Shown here: positions 9,353 to 18,108 of the stretch, piece after piece | Numbering within the stretch: position 1 is the stretch's first letter | Layout of the letters: every line of letters begins with the position of its first letter | Position numbers and translations under genes: made by a program | Notes under the pieces: generated by a model | The model's input: the letters and a program-made list of their open reading frames with translations, nothing else | The model's database searches: none | What the model was told of the DNA's origin: nothing | From: Oscillospiraceae bacterium | GTDB taxonomy: Bacteria; Bacillota; Clostridia; Oscillospirales; Oscillospiraceae | DNA: 64,000 nt | Reading direction: 5' to 3' | Assembly: GCA_009785345.1 (NCBI GenBank) | Contig: WQWL01000003.1 | Location: 17,331-81,330 of the forward strand

Positions 9353-10150
9353 TCATAACTTCACATTACTGAACTTTCTTGCCATGATGAGGCTTAGAGT
9401 GAATACGATAAGTCCAACCGTTGAAACAATTCGCCCTGCTCCTGTTGTGTAGATTGCGTCCATAAAGCCTGCACCGGCATACCCAATGACACCGAGAATC
9501 ACGAGAGGCATAAGAAGCATAATATTAACTTCAGACTTTGCAGCGGTCATGAGTGTGTCAATTTCCATCTCAATTTCCATTTTGTCGGCAATTATCTGTT
9601 GTGTTTCACGAACTATTTCATTTGCTCTACCGGACTTTCCCTCGATTGTTGCATATATTGATGCAAAGCTGGCAATATCATCAAGACCACTACGCTCTGC
9701 CAAATCTGAAAAAGCGTGAGATAGCGGTACTGCGTTATTGAATTTACCGATAATGATATCAAGCTCTATGATTATGTCGCTGTTTTCGGGGAATATGAGC
9801 ATCAGATCCTCTTTTGCACTTTGCAGAGCTTGCAGCATTGGATTCCCTGCTCTCATTGCAACAGACATAGCTTCAAGTAAATAGAAAAATTGAATACGCA
9901 ATTTGGTCATACGTTTTTTTATTGAAGAGTTCATGGAAATAAAAATGTTGGCAAATCCAATCAGCGCTCCGCCGATGACCGATAAGGCAAATAGTTTATA
10001 AAAAATGAAGAGTACTATAAAGCCTACTGCAAACCCAATGAAAAAAGCTGTTATGTAATCCATAATTGCAAAATTGCTCTGGCTGTAATTCGGTGTTTTC
10101 GCTTTCATTTCAAAATGACCATGCCTTTCTATAATCTTTATACTGAACAC
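9353..10150 (-). CDS. tadB: TadB-like type II secretion system F-family membrane protein
   Basis: 265 aa. TM segments at both ends flank a helical soluble domain. The GTG start overlaps the cpaF stop by 1 nt (TAGTG). An alternative ATG lies at 10108. Confidence 0.65.
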   Translation of the reverse strand: MFSIKIIERHGHFEMKAKTPNYSQSNFAIMDYITAFFIGFAVGFIVLFIFYKLFALSVIGGALIGFANIFISMNSSIKKRMTKLRIQFFYLLEAMSVAMRAGNPMLQALQSAKEDLMLIFPENSDIIIELDIIIGKFNNAVPLSHAFSDLAERSGLDDIASFASIYATIEGKSGRANEIVRETQQIIADKMEIEMEIDTLMTAAKSEVNIMLLMPLVILGVIGYAGAGFMDAIYTTGAGRIVSTVGLIVFTLSLIMARKFSNVKL

Positions 10151-11430
10151 TAAACGACCTTCTTTATTCCTGCTGTACTCAACTTAAATGCATTTCCCAT
10201 TGCATTTTCTGTGCGGACCAAGCTACCAATAACTTTATCCGATGTGCTCTCATCACTCTCTCGAAATTCGTATAGTGTGTTTGTCTTTATTACGCCTCTT
10301 TCAACGTCATAGCCCAGTATTTCAACAATCTCCATAGTTCTTCGACTTTTATCACGTAGGCGAGATAAATGGATAATTATATCCACGGCTGATGCTATCT
10401 GTTGACGAATTGCTTCAAGTGGCAATCCGTCTGCACCCTGTAAGACCATAGTTTCTAAACGGCTAAGAATATCATGTGTTGAATTTGCATGTCCTGTTGA
10501 TAGAGAACCGTCATGCCCTGTATTCATCGCTTGTAGCATGTCCAGAGCCTCTCCGCCACGCACCTCACCCACAACAATGCGTTCGGGTCTCATTCGTAGG
10601 GCGGACCTTATTAAATTACGAATAGTAATGGCACCCTTTCCGTCAGCTCCTGCATTCCGGGTCTCAAGTTGTACCAAGTTATCAATGTTTTTTATTTGAA
10701 GTTCAGCAGAGTCCTCAATTGTAATAATCCGTTCATCACGGGGAATGAAATTTGACAATGCATTTAGAAATGTTGTTTTGCCACTTCCTGTTCCACCACA
10801 TACGAAAATATTGTATTTTGCTTTTACGAGCATTTTTAAGACTTCCGCCACATCAGCGGTAATTGAGCCCAGTTCAATGAGCTTTTCTACGGTCATTGCT
10901 TCCTTGGGGAAGCGTCGCATTGTAACAATTGGTCCGTTTAAAGCGATAGGTTGCATAACAACATTAACACGAGAACCATCCTCAAGGCGAAAATCTACAA
11001 TAGGCTCACTTTCGTTTACAGCTCGTCCGGCTCTTGAGACAAATTTTGTAATGATAATCTCAAGTTCTCTGCGGCTTTCAAACTGACTGTCCGACTTATA
11101 CAGTTTCCCTGCTTTTTCGATAAAAATGTCTTTGTATCCGTTTATCATAATTTCTGTTACATCAGGATCAACTATTATTCCTCCCAGAACACCCAATCCA
11201 CGAATCGACTCAAAGACAGCTGATGAAATGAACATTCTATCTTTAAAGTTTAAGGATAATAGACCGCTAATCGAGTCTGTGTACTTTTGTCGCGCTTTTT
11301 CTACTTCGTCGTCCAACGCTGTATTAATAAGTGATTTGAGTTGATTATCGTTTAAGTTTGTTAAATCAACATGATTTTGTATCTCAAGCTTTAAACGTCC
11401 GATTATATCTGATTGAAATTGTTCAGTCAT
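10150..11430 (-). CDS. cpaF: CpaF/TadA-family pilus assembly ATPase
   Basis: 426 aa. Walker A is VCGGTGSGKTT, Walker B/Asp box is RIITIEDSAEL, and the His box is GHDGSLSTGHAN. This is typical VirB11/CpaF architecture. Confidence 0.93.
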   Translation of the reverse strand: MTEQFQSDIIGRLKLEIQNHVDLTNLNDNQLKSLINTALDDEVEKARQKYTDSISGLLSLNFKDRMFISSAVFESIRGLGVLGGIIVDPDVTEIMINGYKDIFIEKAGKLYKSDSQFESRRELEIIITKFVSRAGRAVNESEPIVDFRLEDGSRVNVVMQPIALNGPIVTMRRFPKEAMTVEKLIELGSITADVAEVLKMLVKAKYNIFVCGGTGSGKTTFLNALSNFIPRDERIITIEDSAELQIKNIDNLVQLETRNAGADGKGAITIRNLIRSALRMRPERIVVGEVRGGEALDMLQAMNTGHDGSLSTGHANSTHDILSRLETMVLQGADGLPLEAIRQQIASAVDIIIHLSRLRDKSRRTMEIVEILGYDVERGVIKTNTLYEFRESDESTSDKVIGSLVRTENAMGNAFKLSTAGIKKVV

Positions 11431-11465
11431 TTAATATCAGCACCTTTCGTTCTTTTGTGGGAAAA

Positions 11466-12470
11466 TCATTTCCAACAATCAAATTTTGAAAGTGTCTCGC
11501 ACACGACGTTCTCGTTGTGTGACTGTACAAATGGAAGTGAGATAATGGATTCAACGAATGGTTTGTCTATAACAGCATCTTTGTTTCCAACAAATGTGAT
11601 TTTGCTTCTAATATTCTCAAACGCATTGCTTTGTGATACGAATTGAGTTAGCTTTGCATCTGCTGTAGTAGAACCATCTGTAACAATTAGCACTTTGCTT
11701 GCAAGTTCAAAAGCCTTCTTTGTACGAACATCATATGTGCAGGGTAGGTCGATAATGAGTTCATCAGACAACTCTGCGCAAGCCACTATTAATTCGTTGA
11801 TATTTTCGCTCGAAAGAATACTTACATCTTCAAAATTATCCGGAGCACACAGGTATGCAATACCTTTGTCATGGCAACGTATGCCTTGTATAAGCATATT
11901 TATATTTCCGTCATGGTTTTCCAGCAGTTCAAAAACAGAGCTAATACTTTTTCCACTTTCACTTAAGTAAGTGGATGCGCTTGAAAAATCTTCCAGATTT
12001 AAGTAAAAAACATTTTTTCCATCAACAACTTGCGATAGTGCATATGCAATCGCTATTGAGGTTTTACCGACGCCACCTGCAGGTGACCATACGGTTGTGA
12101 TATTAGTCGTCCCGGAATTTATATTTCGTCCTTTTGATATTTTTGCATACTGCTCAAAGACCACTGCAACAATCGAGGAAATTCGCTGATGCTTGTTTAT
12201 GATTCCAACGCCTTCCGGAATATTGGTGAAACAATCATTTTCTGAACATAATAGTAATGGCATATTTACGGAATCTGTATTTATATCATTGATGAGCAGA
12301 GTATCTGCGAGTGCAACATCATAATTTCGCTTAGAAAGCATTTCTTGTACGCCTTTTGCTGAGTTACTGATACTAATTTCAATCGCATCCGCATGAAATT
12401 CAGAGATGTTATCCGAAATTTGTTTGGAGTAATTTATATCTTCTGTAGCTACAATCAATTTTATTCGCAT
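11466..12470 (-). CDS. TadZ/CpaE-like ParA/MinD-family protein with N-terminal receiver-like domain
   Basis: MRIKLIVATED..YDVALAD is receiver-like. WSPAGGVGKTSIAIAYA is a deviant Walker A lacking the signature Lys (AGG instead of KGG), as in TadZ. The ORF track starts at a TTG (12497); I prefer the ATG at 12470. Confidence 0.75.
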   Translation of the reverse strand: MRIKLIVATEDINYSKQISDNISEFHADAIEISISNSAKGVQEMLSKRNYDVALADTLLINDINTDSVNMPLLLCSENDCFTNIPEGVGIINKHQRISSIVAVVFEQYAKISKGRNINSGTTNITTVWSPAGGVGKTSIAIAYALSQVVDGKNVFYLNLEDFSSASTYLSESGKSISSVFELLENHDGNINMLIQGIRCHDKGIAYLCAPDNFEDVSILSSENINELIVACAELSDELIIDLPCTYDVRTKKAFELASKVLIVTDGSTTADAKLTQFVSQSNAFENIRSKITFVGNKDAVIDKPFVESIISLPFVQSHNENVVCETLSKFDCWK

Positions 12471-12528
12471 GTGGCTTCTCACTCTCTTTTGTTTCAAAAT
12501 TGCTCAGGTCAATCTTTTTTGGATTTTG

Positions 12529-12557
12529 ATTCTACACCCATGATTTCGATTAGTCAA
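12529..12557 (-). promoter_or_regulatory. Candidate sigma-A promoter of the Tad operon
   Basis: The minus strand reads TTGACT (12557..12552), a 17-nt spacer, then TAGAAT (12534..12529), about 60 nt upstream of the tadZ-like start. Confidence 0.35.
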
Positions 12558-12791
12558 CATTATTTTGCCTTTATTTTGAGAATATTTATCACATTATAGT
12601 GTGTAATTTTAGGCATATTGTGATGAAATTGGATATCGCTTTTCATGTTTTTAATACTCTCGTTTATCAAACTCTACATATTTTTACCCATAAAATATTT
12701 TTTCAAAAATGACAAAAGAACCGATGTGTTTATACATTTGATTACATCGGCTATTTTGTCATTGATGGGATATTGATATTTGTATTTATGC

Positions 12792-12819
12792 TAAAAAGAC
12801 CCATCTCGAAAGATGAGTC
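12792..12819 (-). terminator. Rho-independent terminator after the transglutaminase operon
   Basis: The minus strand reads GACTCATCT-TTCG-AGATGGGTC followed by TTTTT. It lies 95 nt downstream of the stop at 12914. A weaker second hairpin (12721..12750) with a T-rich tail follows. Confidence 0.55.
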
Positions 12820-12841
12820 GATTGATTGTTGATAAATTTAG

Positions 12842-12867
12842 CAATTTATACTGATCACTAACAGAAA
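12842..12867. repeat. Solo end of repeat family C
   Basis: caatttatactgatcactaacagaaa matches 50158..50183 at 25 of 26 positions. Confidence 0.6.
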
Positions 12868-12913
12868 GGCTCAAAGTGACATTATAGAATAATATCATGG
12901 CATTCTATACCAC

Positions 12914-15373
12914 CTAAGCTAACGCTCTTATATACCCTAACCACATGCGCCCAAATTGGTCTTTTCCACTGTATATTTCAAATGCCAGTCGTCTTGCATA
13001 CCTGACAACATGAGTCCGTTCTGTTTCTGTTATGCGGTGTTGACTGAAGCGAGCTTTTAATGCAAGCTCTTCGATATCAACTGGAACAATTGCTTCACGT
13101 CGTGACAGCTTATTTATATATCGCCATGCATAAAGAACAGATGCATTTGTATCCTTATCAGTAAAACGTATGGTTCTATATCTGCTCATGAAAGTCCTTC
13201 GAGATATTAAGAAAATTATAGATATAATTATTAAAAGTGCTACAATCATCATATCAATCAGCCACTGAGGCATGAAAGAGCCTTGATTATCAGAAGTTGC
13301 ACCAGCGTTGGTTGTAGTGTCATTTGTATAATGGGCACCATTGGGTGGCGGTTCATGCTCAACAGGCGGAGGCGTTGGCGTTGGAGTTGGTTGTGGCGTA
13401 GGCGTGACATTTTCTGGTGAATGAGGTCTTGGGGGTGGAATATATGTATTACCGGCTGACGGGGTTACCTCAAGATATAACCATCCGATATCATCATAAT
13501 ATACCTCAACCCATGCATGAGCATTTCTATCTGTAACAGTAACTACAGTACCGACTTCAGGCGGTGAGACTCTTACAGCATAACCACTCACAAATCTTGC
13601 AGGAACGTCCAATGCGCGAAGCATTAGTACCGCAGCAGTAGCAAAATGAATACAATATCCTTCTTGTAAAGACTGCAGGAAGTATAGTGTAAAATTCACA
13701 TCTTGCGGAATAGGTCCGGGTGTGAGGGTGTATCTGCCTGAAGACCTGATAAAGCGCGCGACATCGTCGGCGATATCAACATGTGCTGCATTTGGGTTTA
13801 TTCCTGCTTGTAGTGCCATTCGGCGCAGCTCTCGTGCGGTATCGCTATCTACGTGCAAATAGTTGTCATGCACAAAAATTTGCTCGATAATAGTTGCAGA
13901 AATTGCGTCATCCCTATCAAGTGGTTGCCCGTCACGAGTATATAAACCCATTCTGATAACTCGTTCACTATAGTGCCAGCTAACACCAAAATCTGTAGAA
14001 TTTGATTCTGCCTCAACAGCTCTAGCCATGGCGTGAACACTACCAGGTATGTAGAAAAAACGCTCAACGTTATGCAGTATATCACTATCTCTTAAAAAAT
14101 CTGCGGTGAAGTACGGCTGAAATGTTATTGATGGTGTGAGGTCTCCGGTTCTGTTAATTTCCATCTCCACTATTTGAGGAGCTCTGGAGGGATATAATAT
14201 TGCATAAAGCTCTGCAATATATGCTGGTCTGCTTCTTGCTCTTTCATCAAGTTCACTAAATAACGCAGAGTGGTTGTTTCCTGCTTCATCGACCATCGAT
14301 ACTGCTCCTCGTAGAGCACTGGAGTTGTTTATCCAAGAGCGCCCGTCAAAATACTGCATAGAGTAACCTCTTATGTAGAATGTTCCCGGTGCATCCACAG
14401 TTATTTCAAGCAAGCTCCGCCCTGTCATATGTCTACTACCTGCATCAGCTATACTTACATTATCTGTGTTGAATTGCCATATTCCACCAAATATACCAAA
14501 CCAACCAGTGTCAAATCCTGCTGGTGGTGAAAAATTGAAAAATTCTCCAATTCGATACATTTGCGAAGCAACAGCTCTAAATCTATTGCCAAGAGCAACA
14601 ATGTTTTCTTCTCTAGTGTGATTTCCGTGCGGTGTTATTGCATACGCAAGAGTCATAATTACTATTGCTATTATAAATGAAGGGATGGCTATCTGTGCTC
14701 TCTTTATGAAATTATCCGGACTTATTATACTGCCAATCAAAAGCGCTAGGTACACGGCAATCAATCCGAGTAAGTATATAATGTCTGATCGCAGTATTGT
14801 CACAACAAAAGTCAGAAACACAATGGGTGCAGTAATCATGACCGTGATAAACACACTGCGCCGTAAACAAATTGTAAAACCTAATATAAATGTGATTATA
14901 ACGCCGAGTGCCGAAATAAAGGCAGTTGCTTCATTTGCAAATGCTGCAAACTCTGTGAAAACTACAGAAACGGGAAGCCATTCACTATATTCCGTTGTAA
15001 TTGTGTATATAATCCACATTCCGCCATCGATAATCGCTCTTCTGTCAAGCAGAATTATTACAAGTACCGGAATAAACAGCAATAACAACCCTTTAACTCT
15101 GTATCGCACAGAGATAATAGAGACTGCAATGGCGCAAAACAGCCAGAAAAAAACTAGTGTAGTTGTATTAACTTCTATTGAAAAAGCAGATGTCAACGCT
15201 CCAAATGTGCAAAATACAGCGACAAAAATAAGAAGGATGTTTCCAACATGAATAAGCACTTGACTTTTTGTGCTTTGTTCCGTCTGATTGTTAAACATAT
15301 TGGCAACTTTTTTTTCGAACTGTGTTGTCAGACTATCATTATTTTGTTTATCCATCGGAGGCCGCTTATTCAT
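12914..15373 (-). CDS. Polytopic transglutaminase-like protein (TgpA-like) with Pro-rich linker and DUF4129-like C-terminus
   Basis: 819 aa. About 6 N-terminal TM segments. Transglutaminase core: GYCIHFATAAVLMLRALDVPARFVSGY..DRNAHAWVEVYYDDIGW. Linker PTPQPTPTPTPPP, followed by one more TM segment. Confidence 0.85.
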   Translation of the reverse strand: MNKRPPMDKQNNDSLTTQFEKKVANMFNNQTEQSTKSQVLIHVGNILLIFVAVFCTFGALTSAFSIEVNTTTLVFFWLFCAIAVSIISVRYRVKGLLLLFIPVLVIILLDRRAIIDGGMWIIYTITTEYSEWLPVSVVFTEFAAFANEATAFISALGVIITFILGFTICLRRSVFITVMITAPIVFLTFVVTILRSDIIYLLGLIAVYLALLIGSIISPDNFIKRAQIAIPSFIIAIVIMTLAYAITPHGNHTREENIVALGNRFRAVASQMYRIGEFFNFSPPAGFDTGWFGIFGGIWQFNTDNVSIADAGSRHMTGRSLLEITVDAPGTFYIRGYSMQYFDGRSWINNSSALRGAVSMVDEAGNNHSALFSELDERARSRPAYIAELYAILYPSRAPQIVEMEINRTGDLTPSITFQPYFTADFLRDSDILHNVERFFYIPGSVHAMARAVEAESNSTDFGVSWHYSERVIRMGLYTRDGQPLDRDDAISATIIEQIFVHDNYLHVDSDTARELRRMALQAGINPNAAHVDIADDVARFIRSSGRYTLTPGPIPQDVNFTLYFLQSLQEGYCIHFATAAVLMLRALDVPARFVSGYAVRVSPPEVGTVVTVTDRNAHAWVEVYYDDIGWLYLEVTPSAGNTYIPPPRPHSPENVTPTPQPTPTPTPPPVEHEPPPNGAHYTNDTTTNAGATSDNQGSFMPQWLIDMMIVALLIIISIIFLISRRTFMSRYRTIRFTDKDTNASVLYAWRYINKLSRREAIVPVDIEELALKARFSQHRITETERTHVVRYARRLAFEIYSGKDQFGRMWLGYIRALA

Positions 15374-15379
15374 TAGACT

Positions 15380-16324
15380 TTAACCTCTATTATCTGCAGC
15401 GTCAATACGAAATACCCACGAGAAACGTGAAGGCAATCTGTCTGACTTATTAATCTTGATTGTGTTATCACCAAAAGCAAAGCAAATAAAATTAGTTAAG
15501 TCTTCTTCTTGCATTACTTCAACAATTTCAGAACCATTACTTAACCTTAAATAGAATGGCATGTTTCGCTTTAGGAGATAACTTGAAACCCATCGCAGAC
15601 GTCCCAATATCAAATCACGTTGCGCTGTGTTTTTCCAGGGTACGACATGAACAAGTCTGCTATGAGGTGGTGGTACGAGAGGCTCTCTGATGATAGGTTT
15701 GTCATACTTGGCAGAAATCTTCCAATGTATGCTTTTAATTGGGTCGCCATGTCGATATTCACGCATGTCGTGCTCTTCGGAAAAGCCACCACCGGGCTTC
15801 GGGCGCAGTTGTGTTCCGTGTTGTAGCGCGACAGCATTCAAAGGTTTAATAGGTGGGGGCAAAATTAGCATTGATTGCTTTGCATTAATGCTGACAGGCA
15901 ACGAAAACAAACCTAATAAGCTTACAGCCCAAATACGTTTTAGCTCAAAAACAGCCACACCACTGTGTGATGTATCTATGGCTATTTCGCGTATTATATC
16001 TTTCTCAGGAGAGCATATAAGTTTATATTTAGCAGAAAAATCGTCTCCGCTCAGACGCACTTTTGCAATGATGCATCTAACCGGGTACGATTTTGTGTGT
16101 GTTGTAATTAATTTTAAAACAGCATTCTCGTCTTTTTCAAGAACAGTCGGCACATATAGCAACATACTTTTTGTCAGCATACCCGGCAAACTAACAATCA
16201 AATCAATCGGCGCTAATAATATTGTCAGTACAAACATAAACGACGATATCCACGGCGGATATAACACGAAAAATACAAATGAAGCTGCAAGAATGAGCAC
16301 ATAAATTATTTGATGTATTCTCAT
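15380..16324 (-). CDS. DUF58-family protein
   Basis: 314 aa. REYRHGDPIKSIHWKISAKYDKPIIRE is the DUF58 signature. Its ATG overlaps the moxR stop by 4 nt. Confidence 0.85.
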   Translation of the reverse strand: MRIHQIIYVLILAASFVFFVLYPPWISSFMFVLTILLAPIDLIVSLPGMLTKSMLLYVPTVLEKDENAVLKLITTHTKSYPVRCIIAKVRLSGDDFSAKYKLICSPEKDIIREIAIDTSHSGVAVFELKRIWAVSLLGLFSLPVSINAKQSMLILPPPIKPLNAVALQHGTQLRPKPGGGFSEEHDMREYRHGDPIKSIHWKISAKYDKPIIREPLVPPPHSRLVHVVPWKNTAQRDLILGRLRWVSSYLLKRNMPFYLRLSNGSEIVEVMQEEDLTNFICFAFGDNTIKINKSDRLPSRFSWVFRIDAADNRG

Positions 16325-17268
16325 ATTTTTAGTTGTTTAACAGAGTTCAATATGTTGTTTAATGTTTTTGCAGCAGTAATGTTTTCGTGATCAGCCCCGG
16401 GACGAAGCACTAAGCGATGTGCAAGTGTATCTACAAATAGAGGTATGATATCGTTTGGTATCACATAATCCCTGCCTTGTAGGTAGGCAGCTGCTCTTGA
16501 AATGTTTGCTAAAGCGATGGTCGCACGTGGGCTTGCTCCGAGTGCTAAATCAGGGTGATTTCGGGTTTTGTTAATAAGCGTAACAATATAGTTTAATATT
16601 TCAGGCTCAATATGAACATTATCGACCTCGTTACACATTTGCACGAGTTCATCATGTGTCACAACGGGCTCAACTAAGTCGAGAAGAGTTGTGCTCTGTT
16701 TGCGTTTGAGAAGAGATAGTTCATCAGCATGTCCGGGATATCCCAGAGAAAGGCGCACCATGAAACGATCCATCTGAGAGTCGGGCAGTAGTTGCGTTCC
16801 TGCGGCGCCAACAGGATTTTGTGTTGCGATTACAATAAATGGTTGAGGAATAATATGAGATGTACCATCCACAGTAACCTGTCCTTCTTCCATTGCTTCA
16901 AGCAGAGCAGATTGTGTCCGACTGGTCGCACGATTTAGTTCATCTGCCAAAAACAAGTTACACAAAACTGCACCTGGTGTGTAGTCCATAGCACCTGTAT
17001 CTTTGTTGTATACTGAGAAGCCGGTAACATCCGATGGCAAAACATCCGGTGTAAATTGTACACGATTATATTCTAAGTTAAGTGCTTTAGAGAAAGCAAT
17101 GGCGAGCGTAGTTTTCCCTACACCCGGTATGTCTTCAATAAGTATATGCCCTCTTGCTAATATCGCCAAAAATACGCGAAGGACAACTTGCTCTTTGCCG
17201 ACAATAGCATTCATAACACTTCTGAGTACACGTTTACCTGTTATATTTCCTCGCTGGGTTGCTTCCAT
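16321..17268 (-). CDS. MoxR-family AAA+ ATPase
   Basis: 315 aa. Motifs seen: GHILIEDIPGVGKTTLA, LFLADELNRA, VIATQNP and the ALGASPRA region typical of MoxR. Confidence 0.93.
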   Translation of the reverse strand: MEATQRGNITGKRVLRSVMNAIVGKEQVVLRVFLAILARGHILIEDIPGVGKTTLAIAFSKALNLEYNRVQFTPDVLPSDVTGFSVYNKDTGAMDYTPGAVLCNLFLADELNRATSRTQSALLEAMEEGQVTVDGTSHIIPQPFIVIATQNPVGAAGTQLLPDSQMDRFMVRLSLGYPGHADELSLLKRKQSTTLLDLVEPVVTHDELVQMCNEVDNVHIEPEILNYIVTLINKTRNHPDLALGASPRATIALANISRAAAYLQGRDYVIPNDIIPLFVDTLAHRLVLRPGADHENITAAKTLNNILNSVKQLKI

Positions 17269-17375
17269 TTAGTTAGCTCCCTATATAGTTTATTTGTTGA
17301 GCATAAATCATACCCTAAAAGCCGACTGAAAGCAATATAAAGACATGATATTGTGCATTTTAATTTATATTTATG

Positions 17376-17487
17376 TTAGCCGCAATCAAGTGGTATGTCG
17401 TGAATTTTTCGCGTATGTAGGGCGATGAGACCCGTTCTAGCGAAAAATTCGGGACATATTGCTTGATTGCGGCGGATGTTATGCGTA
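17376..17487 (+). repeat. Hairpin repeat family A, copy 1 (33-bp stem, 27-nt conserved loop)
   Basis: The arms 17380..17412 and 17440..17472 pair as 28 Watson-Crick + 4 G-U + 1 mismatch when read on the plus strand. The loop gtatgtagggcgatgagacccgttcta is 25/27 identical to the reverse complement of the loop at 26698..26724. Confidence 0.75.
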
Positions 17488-17502
17488 CCATATTTATAAT
17501 AG

Positions 17503-18108
17503 CTACACCATCTGCGATTGCTTGCTACGTTCATTGTACATCTTTAGTTCATCAAAGGTTACAGGCATGAAGTCGCAAATATCTACTCCGGCATTTAGCG
17601 CTCGCTCTTGATTTCTCATATAATCATACGCTGTATTTTTTGCATTGTGAATATGACCATAGATATGCCAACTACCACGAAAATACCCGCTCCACTCTGC
17701 CATAGGGTAATGGCAAAGAAAGATGCTGTCTTCCCCGTGTTTGAGATAACGTATCTGGTCAACATCTGCAAAAAGATAGTGATACTCCATATTCTTTAAG
17801 TATGGAAAATCATGGTTTCCTGCAACGAGATGCAAAATGCCGTTGAGTTCTTTGACAATTTTTATTGCTTCATCAACCCCCGCACCATCACGTCCACCGT
17901 AATATAAATCGCCAACTATATACACATGATCATCATTTCTAATACGTGAATTCCAGTTGTCAATCAAGACCTTATTCATTTTGGTAATATTTTCAAAAGG
18001 TCTATCACAAAACCCAATAATGGCTTCGTGTCCAAAATGTAAATCTGCAGTAAAAAAGTTAGCCACTAGACTATCCGTTCCCTTCGTTTTCGGCATCTGA
18101 TGAAGCAA
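17503..18108 (-). CDS. Metallophosphoesterase family protein
   Basis: FFTADLHFGHE, VYIVGDL, GNHD and GHIH are the classic calcineurin-like phosphoesterase motifs. The ATG at 18108 overlaps the ftsK 3' end by 38 nt. A GTG at 18066, 5 nt after the ftsK stop, would give the typical N-terminus (V)ANFFTADLHFGH. Confidence 0.8.
   Translation of the reverse strand: MLHQMPKTKGTDSLVANFFTADLHFGHEAIIGFCDRPFENITKMNKVLIDNWNSRIRNDDHVYIVGDLYYGGRDGAGVDEAIKIVKELNGILHLVAGNHDFPYLKNMEYHYLFADVDQIRYLKHGEDSIFLCHYPMAEWSGYFRGSWHIYGHIHNAKNTAYDYMRNQERALNAGVDICDFMPVTFDELKMYNERSKQSQMV

Noticed and set aside
14685-16304. Plus-strand ORFs of 188 and 204 aa (14685..15251 and 15690..16304).
   Set aside because: They are antisense to the transglutaminase and DUF58 genes, which carry diagnostic motifs. 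There are no independent signals for them.
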